From assembly GCA_004524535.1 (NCBI GenBank), contig SDNY01000076.1, positions 1 through 16,806 on the forward strand: 16,806 nt of DNA. The letters are read 5' to 3'. The notes beneath the pieces were generated by a model. The model was given only the letters and a program-made list of their open reading frames with translations. It did no database searches and was not told the origin of the DNA. Made by a program: the position numbers and the translations under genes. Below, in pieces: positions 7,289-15,167 of this stretch; positions within the stretch are counted from its first letter, which is position 1; every line of letters starts with the position of its first letter. This stretch comes from Promethearchaeota archaeon. GTDB lineage: Archaea; Asgardarchaeota; Lokiarchaeia; Sigyniarchaeales; SOKP01.

Positions 7289-9643
7289 TTATTGTCTCAA
7301 AGCTACAGCGCTAATTTTAGAGACTATATCAGCAAATTTTTTACCTTCGGCAGCAGACATCCATTCAATGATAAATCGTTCGTCTGCAATATTATTTTTT
7401 TTCATCCAGCTTCTAATTTTCTTTTCTCTTTTTATGGCAAAATCGTTGCCTGATATATAATGACAATCTTCCGGATGACATCCTGTTAACATAACCGCTC
7501 CGACACCTTTTTTGAAGCAATACTTAATAAAATCGCTATCGACTCTTCCAGAACACATAGTTCTAATAATTCTAGTGTTGGTTGGATATTGCATTCGACT
7601 GGTTCCAGCTAAGTCAGCTCCAGCATAAGAACACCAATTGCATGCAAAAATCACTACTTTCTTGGAGGCATTTTCGCGAAGTGCGATATCAATTTGACGA
7701 TAAATCATAGCATCTGTAAAATTTGTCATAGTAATGGCGTCTGAAGGGCAATCAGCAGCACATGTTCCGCATCCTTTACATAAAATAGGTCTGATATAGG
7801 CTGGTGTTTTTTTTTCTTGATCAACGGTAATAGCATTGTAAGGACACCTCGATGCACATATTCCACAACCTGTGCATTTTTCAACATCAACAACCGCATA
7901 TAATGGTTCCACTTGGAATTCTCCTTTTGAAAGCAATTTTGCAATCCGACCTGCTGTAGCACTGGCTTGGGTAACCGATTCGCGAATATCTTTTGGAGAT
8001 TCAGCTCCTCCAGCAACATAAATACCATCAGTAGGTGTATCCACAGGTCTAAGTTTTGGATGAGCTTCAATATAAAAACCTTTCTTATCCTTAGCAATTG
8101 GAAATGGAATCGATTCCGAGGACCCTTCTGCTCCAACAGAGAGAACCACTAAATCAAATTCTTCAGATAATATTGTTTCTGTGCTTATGTCTTCAACAGT
8201 AACAATAAGGCTTTTTGTTTTAGGATCTTCTTTAATTCGACCTGGACGTCCACGAATATATAAAACACCCTCTTCTCTTGAACGTAAATATAATTCTTCA
8301 AATCCCTTGCCGAACGCCCTAATATCGATATAAAAAATAACAACCTCAACTTCAGGCCAATGCTCCTTAATTAAGAGGCTATCCTTAATACTCTCCATAC
8401 AACAAAAGTTAGAACAATGAGGATTGAATCTAAGATCTCGCGATCCAACACAATTGATAAAAGCTACCTTTTTTGGTTTACGAAGATCACTAGGTCGTAC
8501 TAGTTCTCCGTACGTTGGTCCGGCCGAATTGATCAATCTTTCAAATTCAAATGTTGTAATCACATTGGGATAACGACCCCATCCATATTCTGGGATTTTA
8601 GAAGGATCAAATTTCTCAAAGCCAACTGCAACAATAATAGCACCAACTTTATAGGTGAAAAATTTCTCAGTATCTTCGTAATTGATGGCCTCTTTTTCAC
8701 ATGCGGAAATACACTTTCCACAAGCTAAAGGTGAAAGACCCAAGCAATTTTTTTCATCGATTATATAGCTAGCAGGTACAGCCTGGGGGTAGGGGATATA
8801 AATTGCCTTTCTCCAACCTAAATTCCCAGAATACTCATCCATAACATTTACAGGACAAACATCGACGCAATCATTACATGCCGTACAAAGATCTTCATTT
8901 ACATATCGAGGATTCTTTTTAATAGTGACTTCAAAATTACCAATATAACCTGAGATGCTTGTAACTTCTGCGTTAGAAATTAGTTTAATATTCTCATGAT
9001 TCCCTACATCCGCCATTTTTGGCCCTAAAATACAAATGGAACAATCCATAGTTGGAAAAGTTTTGTCGATAAGAGCCATATTTCCTCCTATTGTAGGTGA
9101 TTTCTCAACAAGAATGATTTTATAATCGTCAGCTAAATCTAAAGCAGCTTGAATTCCTGCCACGCCACCTCCGATGATTAATATTCGTTGTTTAACAGGA
9201 ACTATAATATCATCAACTTCTTCTAATAATTCAGCTTTAGCAATCGCCATTTCAATTAATTCTTTGGCCTTTTTTGTGGCTTCTTGCTTCTCCGAAAGAT
9301 GTACCCAACTGCATTGTTCTCTGATATTAGCAACCTCAACTAAGGAAGGATTGATTCCAACTCTACTTAGAAGTTTTTTCCATGTTGGACCATGCAATCG
9401 CGGGCTACAGGCTGCCACAACTATCTTTTCTATTCCTTGTTCATTTATAGCTGTTTCAATTTCTAACTGTCCAGGGTCAGAACATGTATAAGGATTAACT
9501 TGAACTAATTTAACTTCTGGAATCTTCTGAATCTCTTCGGCTAATTGGTCGATATCTATAGTCCCACCAATATTTTTTCCACACTTACAAAGAAAAACTC
9601 CAATATCTGGCCCTCCGAAAGATTTGTCTTCGCTTTTTGTCAT
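7289..9643 (-). CDS. hdrA: Heterodisulfide reductase subunit A fused to an MvhD [2Fe-2S] domain (about 784 aa)
   Basis: IGVFLCKCG, AACSP, NIREQCSWVH, GGGVAG FAD motif, DKTFPTMDCSIC, CVGSRD...CSNFCC, EAHPKLRPV, four CxxCxxCxxxC-type motifs, and MvhD motifs FACNWCSYAGAD, MCSGRV, GCHPEDCHY. Start set to ATG 9643, which has GGTGA at 9648-9652 upstream and avoids overlapping korB. Confidence 0.93.
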   Translation of the reverse strand: MTKSEDKSFGGPDIGVFLCKCGKNIGGTIDIDQLAEEIQKIPEVKLVQVNPYTCSDPGQLEIETAINEQGIEKIVVAACSPRLHGPTWKKLLSRVGINPSLVEVANIREQCSWVHLSEKQEATKKAKELIEMAIAKAELLEEVDDIIVPVKQRILIIGGGVAGIQAALDLADDYKIILVEKSPTIGGNMALIDKTFPTMDCSICILGPKMADVGNHENIKLISNAEVTSISGYIGNFEVTIKKNPRYVNEDLCTACNDCVDVCPVNVMDEYSGNLGWRKAIYIPYPQAVPASYIIDEKNCLGLSPLACGKCISACEKEAINYEDTEKFFTYKVGAIIVAVGFEKFDPSKIPEYGWGRYPNVITTFEFERLINSAGPTYGELVRPSDLRKPKKVAFINCVGSRDLRFNPHCSNFCCMESIKDSLLIKEHWPEVEVVIFYIDIRAFGKGFEELYLRSREEGVLYIRGRPGRIKEDPKTKSLIVTVEDISTETILSEEFDLVVLSVGAEGSSESIPFPIAKDKKGFYIEAHPKLRPVDTPTDGIYVAGGAESPKDIRESVTQASATAGRIAKLLSKGEFQVEPLYAVVDVEKCTGCGICASRCPYNAITVDQEKKTPAYIRPILCKGCGTCAADCPSDAITMTNFTDAMIYRQIDIALRENASKKVVIFACNWCSYAGADLAGTSRMQYPTNTRIIRTMCSGRVDSDFIKYCFKKGVGAVMLTGCHPEDCHYISGNDFAIKREKKIRSWMKKNNIADERFIIEWMSAAEGKKFADIVSKISAVALRQ

Positions 9644-9653
9644 CTTTTCACCG

Positions 9654-10520
9654 TCATTTTTTAAATTTTTTGTTTTTTGCCTTCTCCCGAATTTGCTCCA
9701 TTCTTTTTGTAAATCCTTCTCTTTTTTCTTCAACAAATTCGCCACAAATAATAACACCTTTTTTAAAATCGAAGGTCGCCATATGAGGGGGACAATCTGT
9801 TTTGATTTGAATCTGTTTTTTCATCCATTCTAACATCTCTACAGCATCGCCAAGCTTATTTTTGGTCCCATATTGAATGAAGCAAGGCGCAAGCACTTCG
9901 ATGAAATTAAAACCCTCATTATCGATACTTTTAAATATACTTTTCTGTAATCTAAGGGTGTCATATCCAGGCCATCTAGCAACATAAGTTGCACCTGCTG
10001 CGGCTGCTAAACTTATTAAATTGAAAGGAGGTTCTATATTTCCATAAGGGGTTGTCGAAGTTATGTCATCTAAATGAGTAGTGGGTGCAACTTGACCTCC
10101 TGTCATACCATAAACATTATTATTAACACAGAGAACTGTAATTTCAATATTTCTTCTAGCAGCATGGATAAAATGATTACCCCCAATGGCAAAAAGATCT
10201 CCATCTCCTGAAAGTACAATAACTTCTAATTTAGGATTTGCTAGCTTAAGTCCCGTTGCAAAGGGAATCGCTCTTCCATGAGTAGTATGAAAAGCTGGCG
10301 CCTTAAAACAACCGCTTGATCGACCAGTGCATCCGATACCTGACACAATAGCATAGTCTTTTGATGTAAATCCTCTCTCTTTTAAACAAGTTGATATCGA
10401 TGTGATAACTGTTCCGATCAAGCAGCCTGGACAAAAAATGAAACGATTCAAATTTAGCCAATCTTTTAAAGGATGATCAAGAGTCTCTTCTGGTGTTGAT
10501 AAATTATCTGATGGTATCAA
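9654..10520 (-). CDS. korB: 2-oxoacid:ferredoxin oxidoreductase beta subunit (KorB-like, TPP-binding)
   Basis: FCPGC, SGIGC, HTTHGRA, GDGD...NNNVYGMTGGQ TPP motif, IEVLAPC. TTG start preceded by GGAGG. Confidence 0.92.
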   Translation of the reverse strand: MIPSDNLSTPEETLDHPLKDWLNLNRFIFCPGCLIGTVITSISTCLKERGFTSKDYAIVSGIGCTGRSSGCFKAPAFHTTHGRAIPFATGLKLANPKLEVIVLSGDGDLFAIGGNHFIHAARRNIEITVLCVNNNVYGMTGGQVAPTTHLDDITSTTPYGNIEPPFNLISLAAAAGATYVARWPGYDTLRLQKSIFKSIDNEGFNFIEVLAPCFIQYGTKNKLGDAVEMLEWMKKQIQIKTDCPPHMATFDFKKGVIICGEFVEEKREGFTKRMEQIREKAKNKKFKK

Positions 10521-10523
10521 TAA

Positions 10524-11681
10524 TTAAATCTCCTCCATCATCTTCTTATAAATAAATTTTGGACTAAATGGAATAGTTGTAGGAATAGTAATACCAGAGA
10601 CTTCAAATAAATGTTGGAATCGTTGAGTTTCCCGTATTAACATTCCATAATTCATCTCAGATACAATTAATTTTGAAATCCCTTGCCGACCTAATTTTTC
10701 CATTAACTCATCAGGAAAAGGCCAAAGACTTTTAAGTCGCACATAACCCATTTTATGTCCTTGTTGACGTGCTTGTTCAATCGCTTCAGGTACACCTCTT
10801 GCATTAATTCCATAGGCTAAAACGACTGTATCAGAATCATCTATATATTTTTCCTCCCAATCATTAATATCAGGACGAGCTCTTGTAATTTTATCACAAA
10901 GACGCTTAATAAGGGTTTCTCCCCCCTCGGGAGTCATTTCTGGAGTACCTTCTATATCATGAGTTAACCCTGTAACATAAAAATGATAATCAGTTCCAGC
11001 TACTGCCATGCCTGGTACAAGATCATCGTCAAATACCTCAAAGGGTTTATATTTTTCTGGCGGAACTTGTGGTTTTTTACGCTCTACTTTTTCAAAATTA
11101 GAATGGTAATATACAGGCTCCATCATCTGTCCTAAGAATCCATCTGATGCAACAATTACGGGTGTACGATACTTTTCGGCTAAATTGAATGCACGTATTG
11201 TTAAATCATACATTTCTTGAACCGTAGATGGTGCCAAAACAATAATTTGATAATCCCCATGAGAAGCATAGCGAACTTGATAAACATCAGATTGAGATGC
11301 ATTAGTGGGCTGCCCCGTACTTGGCCCACCTCTCATAATAGTTACAATAACTAATGGTGCTTCCAACATAACCCCTAAACCAATATTTTCAGCCATAAGT
11401 GAGAGCCCAGGTCCTGAAGTTGCTGTCATAGCTTTTTTACCAGCGTAAGAAGCCCCTATGCAACAAGCAATGGACGCCAACTCATCTTCCATCTGAATAA
11501 ACGTTCCATTTATTTCTGGAAGACGTCTAGACATATAAGCAGCAATCTCTGAGGAAGGTGTAATAGGATAACCCGCAAAGAGCAAACATCCTGCTGCTAT
11601 GGCTCCTTCTGCGCAGGCATAATTTCCCGTAGTTAAAATCGCTTTATTATGTGGGTTATTTTTACTAAGCTTTAGACTCAT
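10524..11681 (-). CDS. korA: 2-oxoacid:ferredoxin oxidoreductase alpha subunit (KorA-like)
   Basis: GNYACAEGA, AGYPITPSSE, QMEDE, TATSGPG, RGGPSTG, TGLTHD, LWPFP, EMNYG. Confidence 0.93.
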   Translation of the reverse strand: MSLKLSKNNPHNKAILTTGNYACAEGAIAAGCLLFAGYPITPSSEIAAYMSRRLPEINGTFIQMEDELASIACCIGASYAGKKAMTATSGPGLSLMAENIGLGVMLEAPLVIVTIMRGGPSTGQPTNASQSDVYQVRYASHGDYQIIVLAPSTVQEMYDLTIRAFNLAEKYRTPVIVASDGFLGQMMEPVYYHSNFEKVERKKPQVPPEKYKPFEVFDDDLVPGMAVAGTDYHFYVTGLTHDIEGTPEMTPEGGETLIKRLCDKITRARPDINDWEEKYIDDSDTVVLAYGINARGVPEAIEQARQQGHKMGYVRLKSLWPFPDELMEKLGRQGISKLIVSEMNYGMLIRETQRFQHLFEVSGITIPTTIPFSPKFIYKKMMEEI

Positions 11682-11961
11682 TTATAGCATCATCCTCTAA
11701 ATTAATCTCCTTGATAAATATGGAAGTAGTGGGACATAACCGTTCGCATTGCTTACATCCTAGACAGTCATCAGGGTCAGTTATGACTACATAATGAAGC
11801 ATGCGACTGTTAGTCTCTTCGCTAACCTCTAAAAGTTCTTTAGGACAAAAATCCACGCAGATTTTACACCCATCGCATTGTTCAGATTCAATTATAACTT
11901 CATATTTTTTCTGAAGACGAGGTGGTGGCAAGATGGGACTACGAGTAGATTCTAATTTCAA
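11665..11961 (-). CDS. korD: 2-oxoacid:ferredoxin oxidoreductase delta subunit (2x[4Fe-4S])
   Basis: CDGCKICVDFCP and CLGCKQCERLCP. Overlaps the korA start by 17 nt. TTG start. Confidence 0.88.
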   Translation of the reverse strand: MKLESTRSPILPPPRLQKKYEVIIESEQCDGCKICVDFCPKELLEVSEETNSRMLHYVVITDPDDCLGCKQCERLCPTTSIFIKEINLEDDAINESKA

Positions 11962-12117
11962 TTTTTTTATCTCTCTTAAACTTCTGGTTAATATTTTTCC
12001 TAATTAAGCTTTAAAAATGTTAATTTCTCTTTTAAATTTGCTTTTTTAAAGTATAGGTATTTTATATAAAAAACATAACTATGCTATCTATAAAAACAAT
12101 TATGTAAAAATTCAATT

Positions 12118-12690
12118 CTAACTTTTAAAATTATGAGAAGATTCTTTATAAAGAGTTTTTCCTATTTGAAAACTTCGAATGTTAATGTCCCTAAACCTTT
12201 CTGGCATTTTATTAAAAACTTGGAAGTAATGTTCTTTTTTTAAGTCAATTTTTCCATTTTCACTAAGATATTCAGAGAGAAAACCCAAAGAGAGGAGATT
12301 TACTGTCTTAGCTACATGATTATCGTCAGCATATTTAGTAAGAGGAACCCGATGAATAATACCTTTCTGGATTACTTTTTCAGCAATTTTATTTATTGTG
12401 TTGGAATCAATAAAAGAAATAGTTTTTTCACATATACATTCACTTGCTCGTTCAAATCCTTCTTGATCTAAAGCAATAAAAATATCAGCGTCTTCGTCAC
12501 AGAACGGATAAGAAATTTCCTCTGAGCTTAGGATAACATCGCAAAAAATTGGACCGCCTCGTACAGAAGGTGTATAGTCGACAGAAAGTGTTGCGTAAAA
12601 TTGTGCCTCCATTGCAACTCTAACTAAAGCACTTCCTAAAAATTTAATCCCTTGTCCTCCACGACCCGATAATCTGAATTTGAGCTTCAT
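12118..12690 (-). CDS. korC: 2-oxoacid:ferredoxin oxidoreductase gamma subunit (KorC-like, divergent)
   Basis: RLSGRGGQGI, YTPSVRGG, ISYP, ADIFIALDQ, VNLLSLG, INIRSFQIG. Confidence 0.85.
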   Translation of the reverse strand: MKLKFRLSGRGGQGIKFLGSALVRVAMEAQFYATLSVDYTPSVRGGPIFCDVILSSEEISYPFCDEDADIFIALDQEGFERASECICEKTISFIDSNTINKIAEKVIQKGIIHRVPLTKYADDNHVAKTVNLLSLGFLSEYLSENGKIDLKKEHYFQVFNKMPERFRDINIRSFQIGKTLYKESSHNFKS

Positions 12691-12798
12691 TAATAAATCT
12701 ATGATTAGTTTTATTTCTACACCAATTAAGAATTAACCTTGATTTTTTAATTTTCTTAACATCCATCCATCGTTTTTATTTGAAAATGGCATATGAAT

Positions 12799-12816
12799 AA
12801 AAAAAAAGGAAAAAAA
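12799..12816 (-). terminator. Possible archaeal oligo(U) terminator after the acyl-CoA dehydrogenase
   Basis: The minus strand reads T7-CC-T9 about 35-55 nt after the stop at 12853, flanked by GGCAT/ATGCC. Confidence 0.4.
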
Positions 12817-12852
12817 TGCCTATCTTTCCTATATCTGCATCTTTTTAAAAAA

Positions 12853-14136
12853 TTAGAGAAGTTTAAAAATTCTTCTTAATCCTCGCGACATGATAAATTG
12901 TTGTATCTGACGAGAACCGCCTATAATTTCCTGAATTCTTGAGATATGTAAATAATCATCCATCAAGGTGTTATCACAGAGTCCAGCACCTCCCATTAAA
13001 TTAGCAGATTCATAGCAAACATCTTTAGATAATAAAGCGCAACTGTATTTATATTGACTCGCAGCGGCAACCATTGCCTGAGAGATGTTATCAGGCACTT
13101 CTTTACCATATTTCTTCTTTTTTTCATCATAGGATTCACAAAACTTTAATAAACCATGGGTAAGAGATATTGTTCTCGCCCATAAATCAGTTAAAAGGAA
13201 TCCTACTCCTTGAAAAAATAAAATTTCCTTTTCAAATTGTTTTCTCATATTAGCATAAATAATAGCATGAGAAAGAGCGCCCCAACTTTCGCCAACACCC
13301 CGTAAAGCAATAGCAATTCTCTCTGGTATTAAGCCCTCAAAAAGATGTTCACGACCTTTTCCAATTCCCCCTAATACATATTCTTTTGGTACTCTAAGGT
13401 TAACTAAACGTTCTTTTCCTAAGTAAAGTTTCGGTACCCACGGTATTCCTACTCTTTCGCAATTCCACCCCTCCCAAGAAGTATTTATCATGAATTGCCC
13501 CATCATATTACCGTTATTTTTTTCTGCGGTTGCGTAAGCTACTGCCCATTTTGATTTTGGAGCATTCGTATTGTATATTTTTTCTCCATTTAAAATAAAA
13601 CTGCCATCTGGCTGCTCTTCACATGTCGTTAATTGGTGGACTGCATCAGAACCTCTTTCTGGTTCAGTTATAAGAAGACATCCGGGTGTTTTGCCAGTAA
13701 CTAATTCTTTTAAGGCTTCTAATCTAATGGGGACCTTTTCATGATGCTCGTAAATTGGATTAACGCATATTACTGTTGCTCCTGTACTCATTGCAAATTG
13801 AGGATCAAATAAAGCAAGTGCGAGTAATCTCATAAAATCTGCTGCTAAACCGTGTTCTTCATAATCTAAATCAATACATTCGAACGCATGCTGTCTCGTA
13901 ATAAGGCCTTCTTTGCCGAAATAAGGGGACCAATCATAAATATCTTCGTCGGGTCCATGAGTAATATTTTTCTCCTTTTCAAAATTTACACAAATTTCTT
14001 GAACTTTTTTAAGAAAATTTAATTGAACATCAGATATTACAGGTCTTAGGTTTTCATTTAGAATGGTGTATCTATTTTCAAGGCTTAATTTTTCGAGAAT
14101 TCCGTTTTTAATCGCCTGTGTTTTAAATTTTACCAT
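12853..14136 (-). CDS. Acyl-CoA dehydrogenase family flavoprotein
   Basis: ITEPERGSD, LNGEKIYNTNA, VPKEYVLG..GKG, ERIAIA, YANMRKQF, MGGAG, EIIGGSRQIQ. Start is ATG 14136 or GTG 14145. Confidence 0.9.
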   Translation of the reverse strand: MVKFKTQAIKNGILEKLSLENRYTILNENLRPVISDVQLNFLKKVQEICVNFEKEKNITHGPDEDIYDWSPYFGKEGLITRQHAFECIDLDYEEHGLAADFMRLLALALFDPQFAMSTGATVICVNPIYEHHEKVPIRLEALKELVTGKTPGCLLITEPERGSDAVHQLTTCEEQPDGSFILNGEKIYNTNAPKSKWAVAYATAEKNNGNMMGQFMINTSWEGWNCERVGIPWVPKLYLGKERLVNLRVPKEYVLGGIGKGREHLFEGLIPERIAIALRGVGESWGALSHAIIYANMRKQFEKEILFFQGVGFLLTDLWARTISLTHGLLKFCESYDEKKKKYGKEVPDNISQAMVAAASQYKYSCALLSKDVCYESANLMGGAGLCDNTLMDDYLHISRIQEIIGGSRQIQQFIMSRGLRRIFKLL

Positions 14137-14276
14137 AATTTTCACTATACTTTTTCAATTTAATTTGTTAATTATAATTTCATCCTTAATTAATTTTAAA
14201 CTTTAAAAAATTGCATTAAGATATACCTATTTTTTTATATAATTTTTTAAAATTTTTTCTTAAAAAATTGAAAGGC

Positions 14277-15059
14277 TTAATCTCTGAAACCGTAATACAC
14301 ACTAATTAGCAGTAATAAAGTCTCTCGTAGTGAAAAATCATAAAATGGCAAAACTGGTATAATAAAATCCCATTTTATTGTGTAACATAGTAAAGCGACA
14401 ACTACCAGTCCTAAAATCAACAAAGAGAGAAAATCTTTACCTTTTTCTCCCCACCAGCTAGGCTCTCTTTCCTCTAAATTATCGAGTATTTTCTCTTCAG
14501 AAAGAGACATGTAATTATCAATGCTTTTTATTTGATTAGCTATTCTTTTCTTTTCCTTAGAATTTTTAATTAAACGGAGAATAGAGCCAATGATGAATAA
14601 AGAAATTATTAGTAAGATATCCACAAATGTGTTAGTAGCTTCAAATGGGATCTTATTTGGACCTATAGCATTAATAATTATTAAAATTGTTAATATTGAA
14701 ATTATTATAATCCTTACAGAATACTTTGGTAAATAGAGTGGTTTTTTCTGTTCTTGCGCTGCTGCCTTAGTTTCATTAGGATATTTTACTTCTTCAATAA
14801 GTTCTAATTTATCTTTACACCCTCGTCTTGCCTCAAAATAAAATGCAACAACTATAAAAATCGCATTAGTTATTAATCCTGGAATTTCTTGACCAGTAAA
14901 TATATAACTGAAAGGAAAAGATATAATTAATATAGTAATCAATGCTCTAACGGTTCCACGTGGCATTCCAAGTGGTTCTCCTTCAATTTTTCCATCTTTA
15001 CCGAATCGTCTTAAAACTAGCCAAATTGCTAATATCCCACCTAAAATCCAAGTGATCAT
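14277..15059 (-). CDS. Uncharacterised multi-pass membrane protein with internal repeats
   Basis: About 7 hydrophobic segments separated by charged loops, and a repeated PLxxPxxxVR motif. Confidence 0.75.
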   Translation of the reverse strand: MITWILGGILAIWLVLRRFGKDGKIEGEPLGMPRGTVRALITILIISFPFSYIFTGQEIPGLITNAIFIVVAFYFEARRGCKDKLELIEEVKYPNETKAAAQEQKKPLYLPKYSVRIIIISILTILIIINAIGPNKIPFEATNTFVDILLIISLFIIGSILRLIKNSKEKKRIANQIKSIDNYMSLSEEKILDNLEEREPSWWGEKGKDFLSLLILGLVVVALLCYTIKWDFIIPVLPFYDFSLRETLLLLISVYYGFRD

Positions 15060-15167
15060 ATTAATTTATTATTGAATTATTCCTTTTAAATTCATGTTGT
15101 AGAATAGAATTAATCTTAGACAATATTATTATTCATATATTTCTTTAAACCTTAAAAATTACCAGAA

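Noticed and set aside
7289-9643. HdrA as evidence of methanogenesis
   Set aside because: HdrA homologues are widespread in non-methanogenic anaerobes, and no mcr, mtr or hdrBC genes are in the window.
9648-9656. korB TGA as selenocysteine or readthrough into hdrA
   Set aside because: A second in-frame TGA follows after one codon, and hdrA is in a different frame.
9644-9757. 38-aa N-terminal extension of HdrA in the ORF track
   Set aside because: It overlaps korB by about 100 nt; ATG 9643 has an SD-like site and sits just before the conserved IGVFLC motif.
7251-9833. ORFs 7251..7460, 7726..8136, 7967..8152, 9174..9491 and 9624..9833
   Set aside because: All overlap hdrA-mvhD or korB in other frames and have no recognisable domains.
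10518-10526. korA and korB in frame across a single TAA (possible broken fusion)
   Set aside because: Both have normal stand-alone lengths and korB has its own GGAGG; in-frame spacing is expected one time in three.
12644-12766. 40-aa minus-strand ORF (MDVKKIKKSRLILNWCRNK...) overlapping the korC start
   Set aside because: Short, no motif, out-of-frame overlap with korC; cannot be told from chance.
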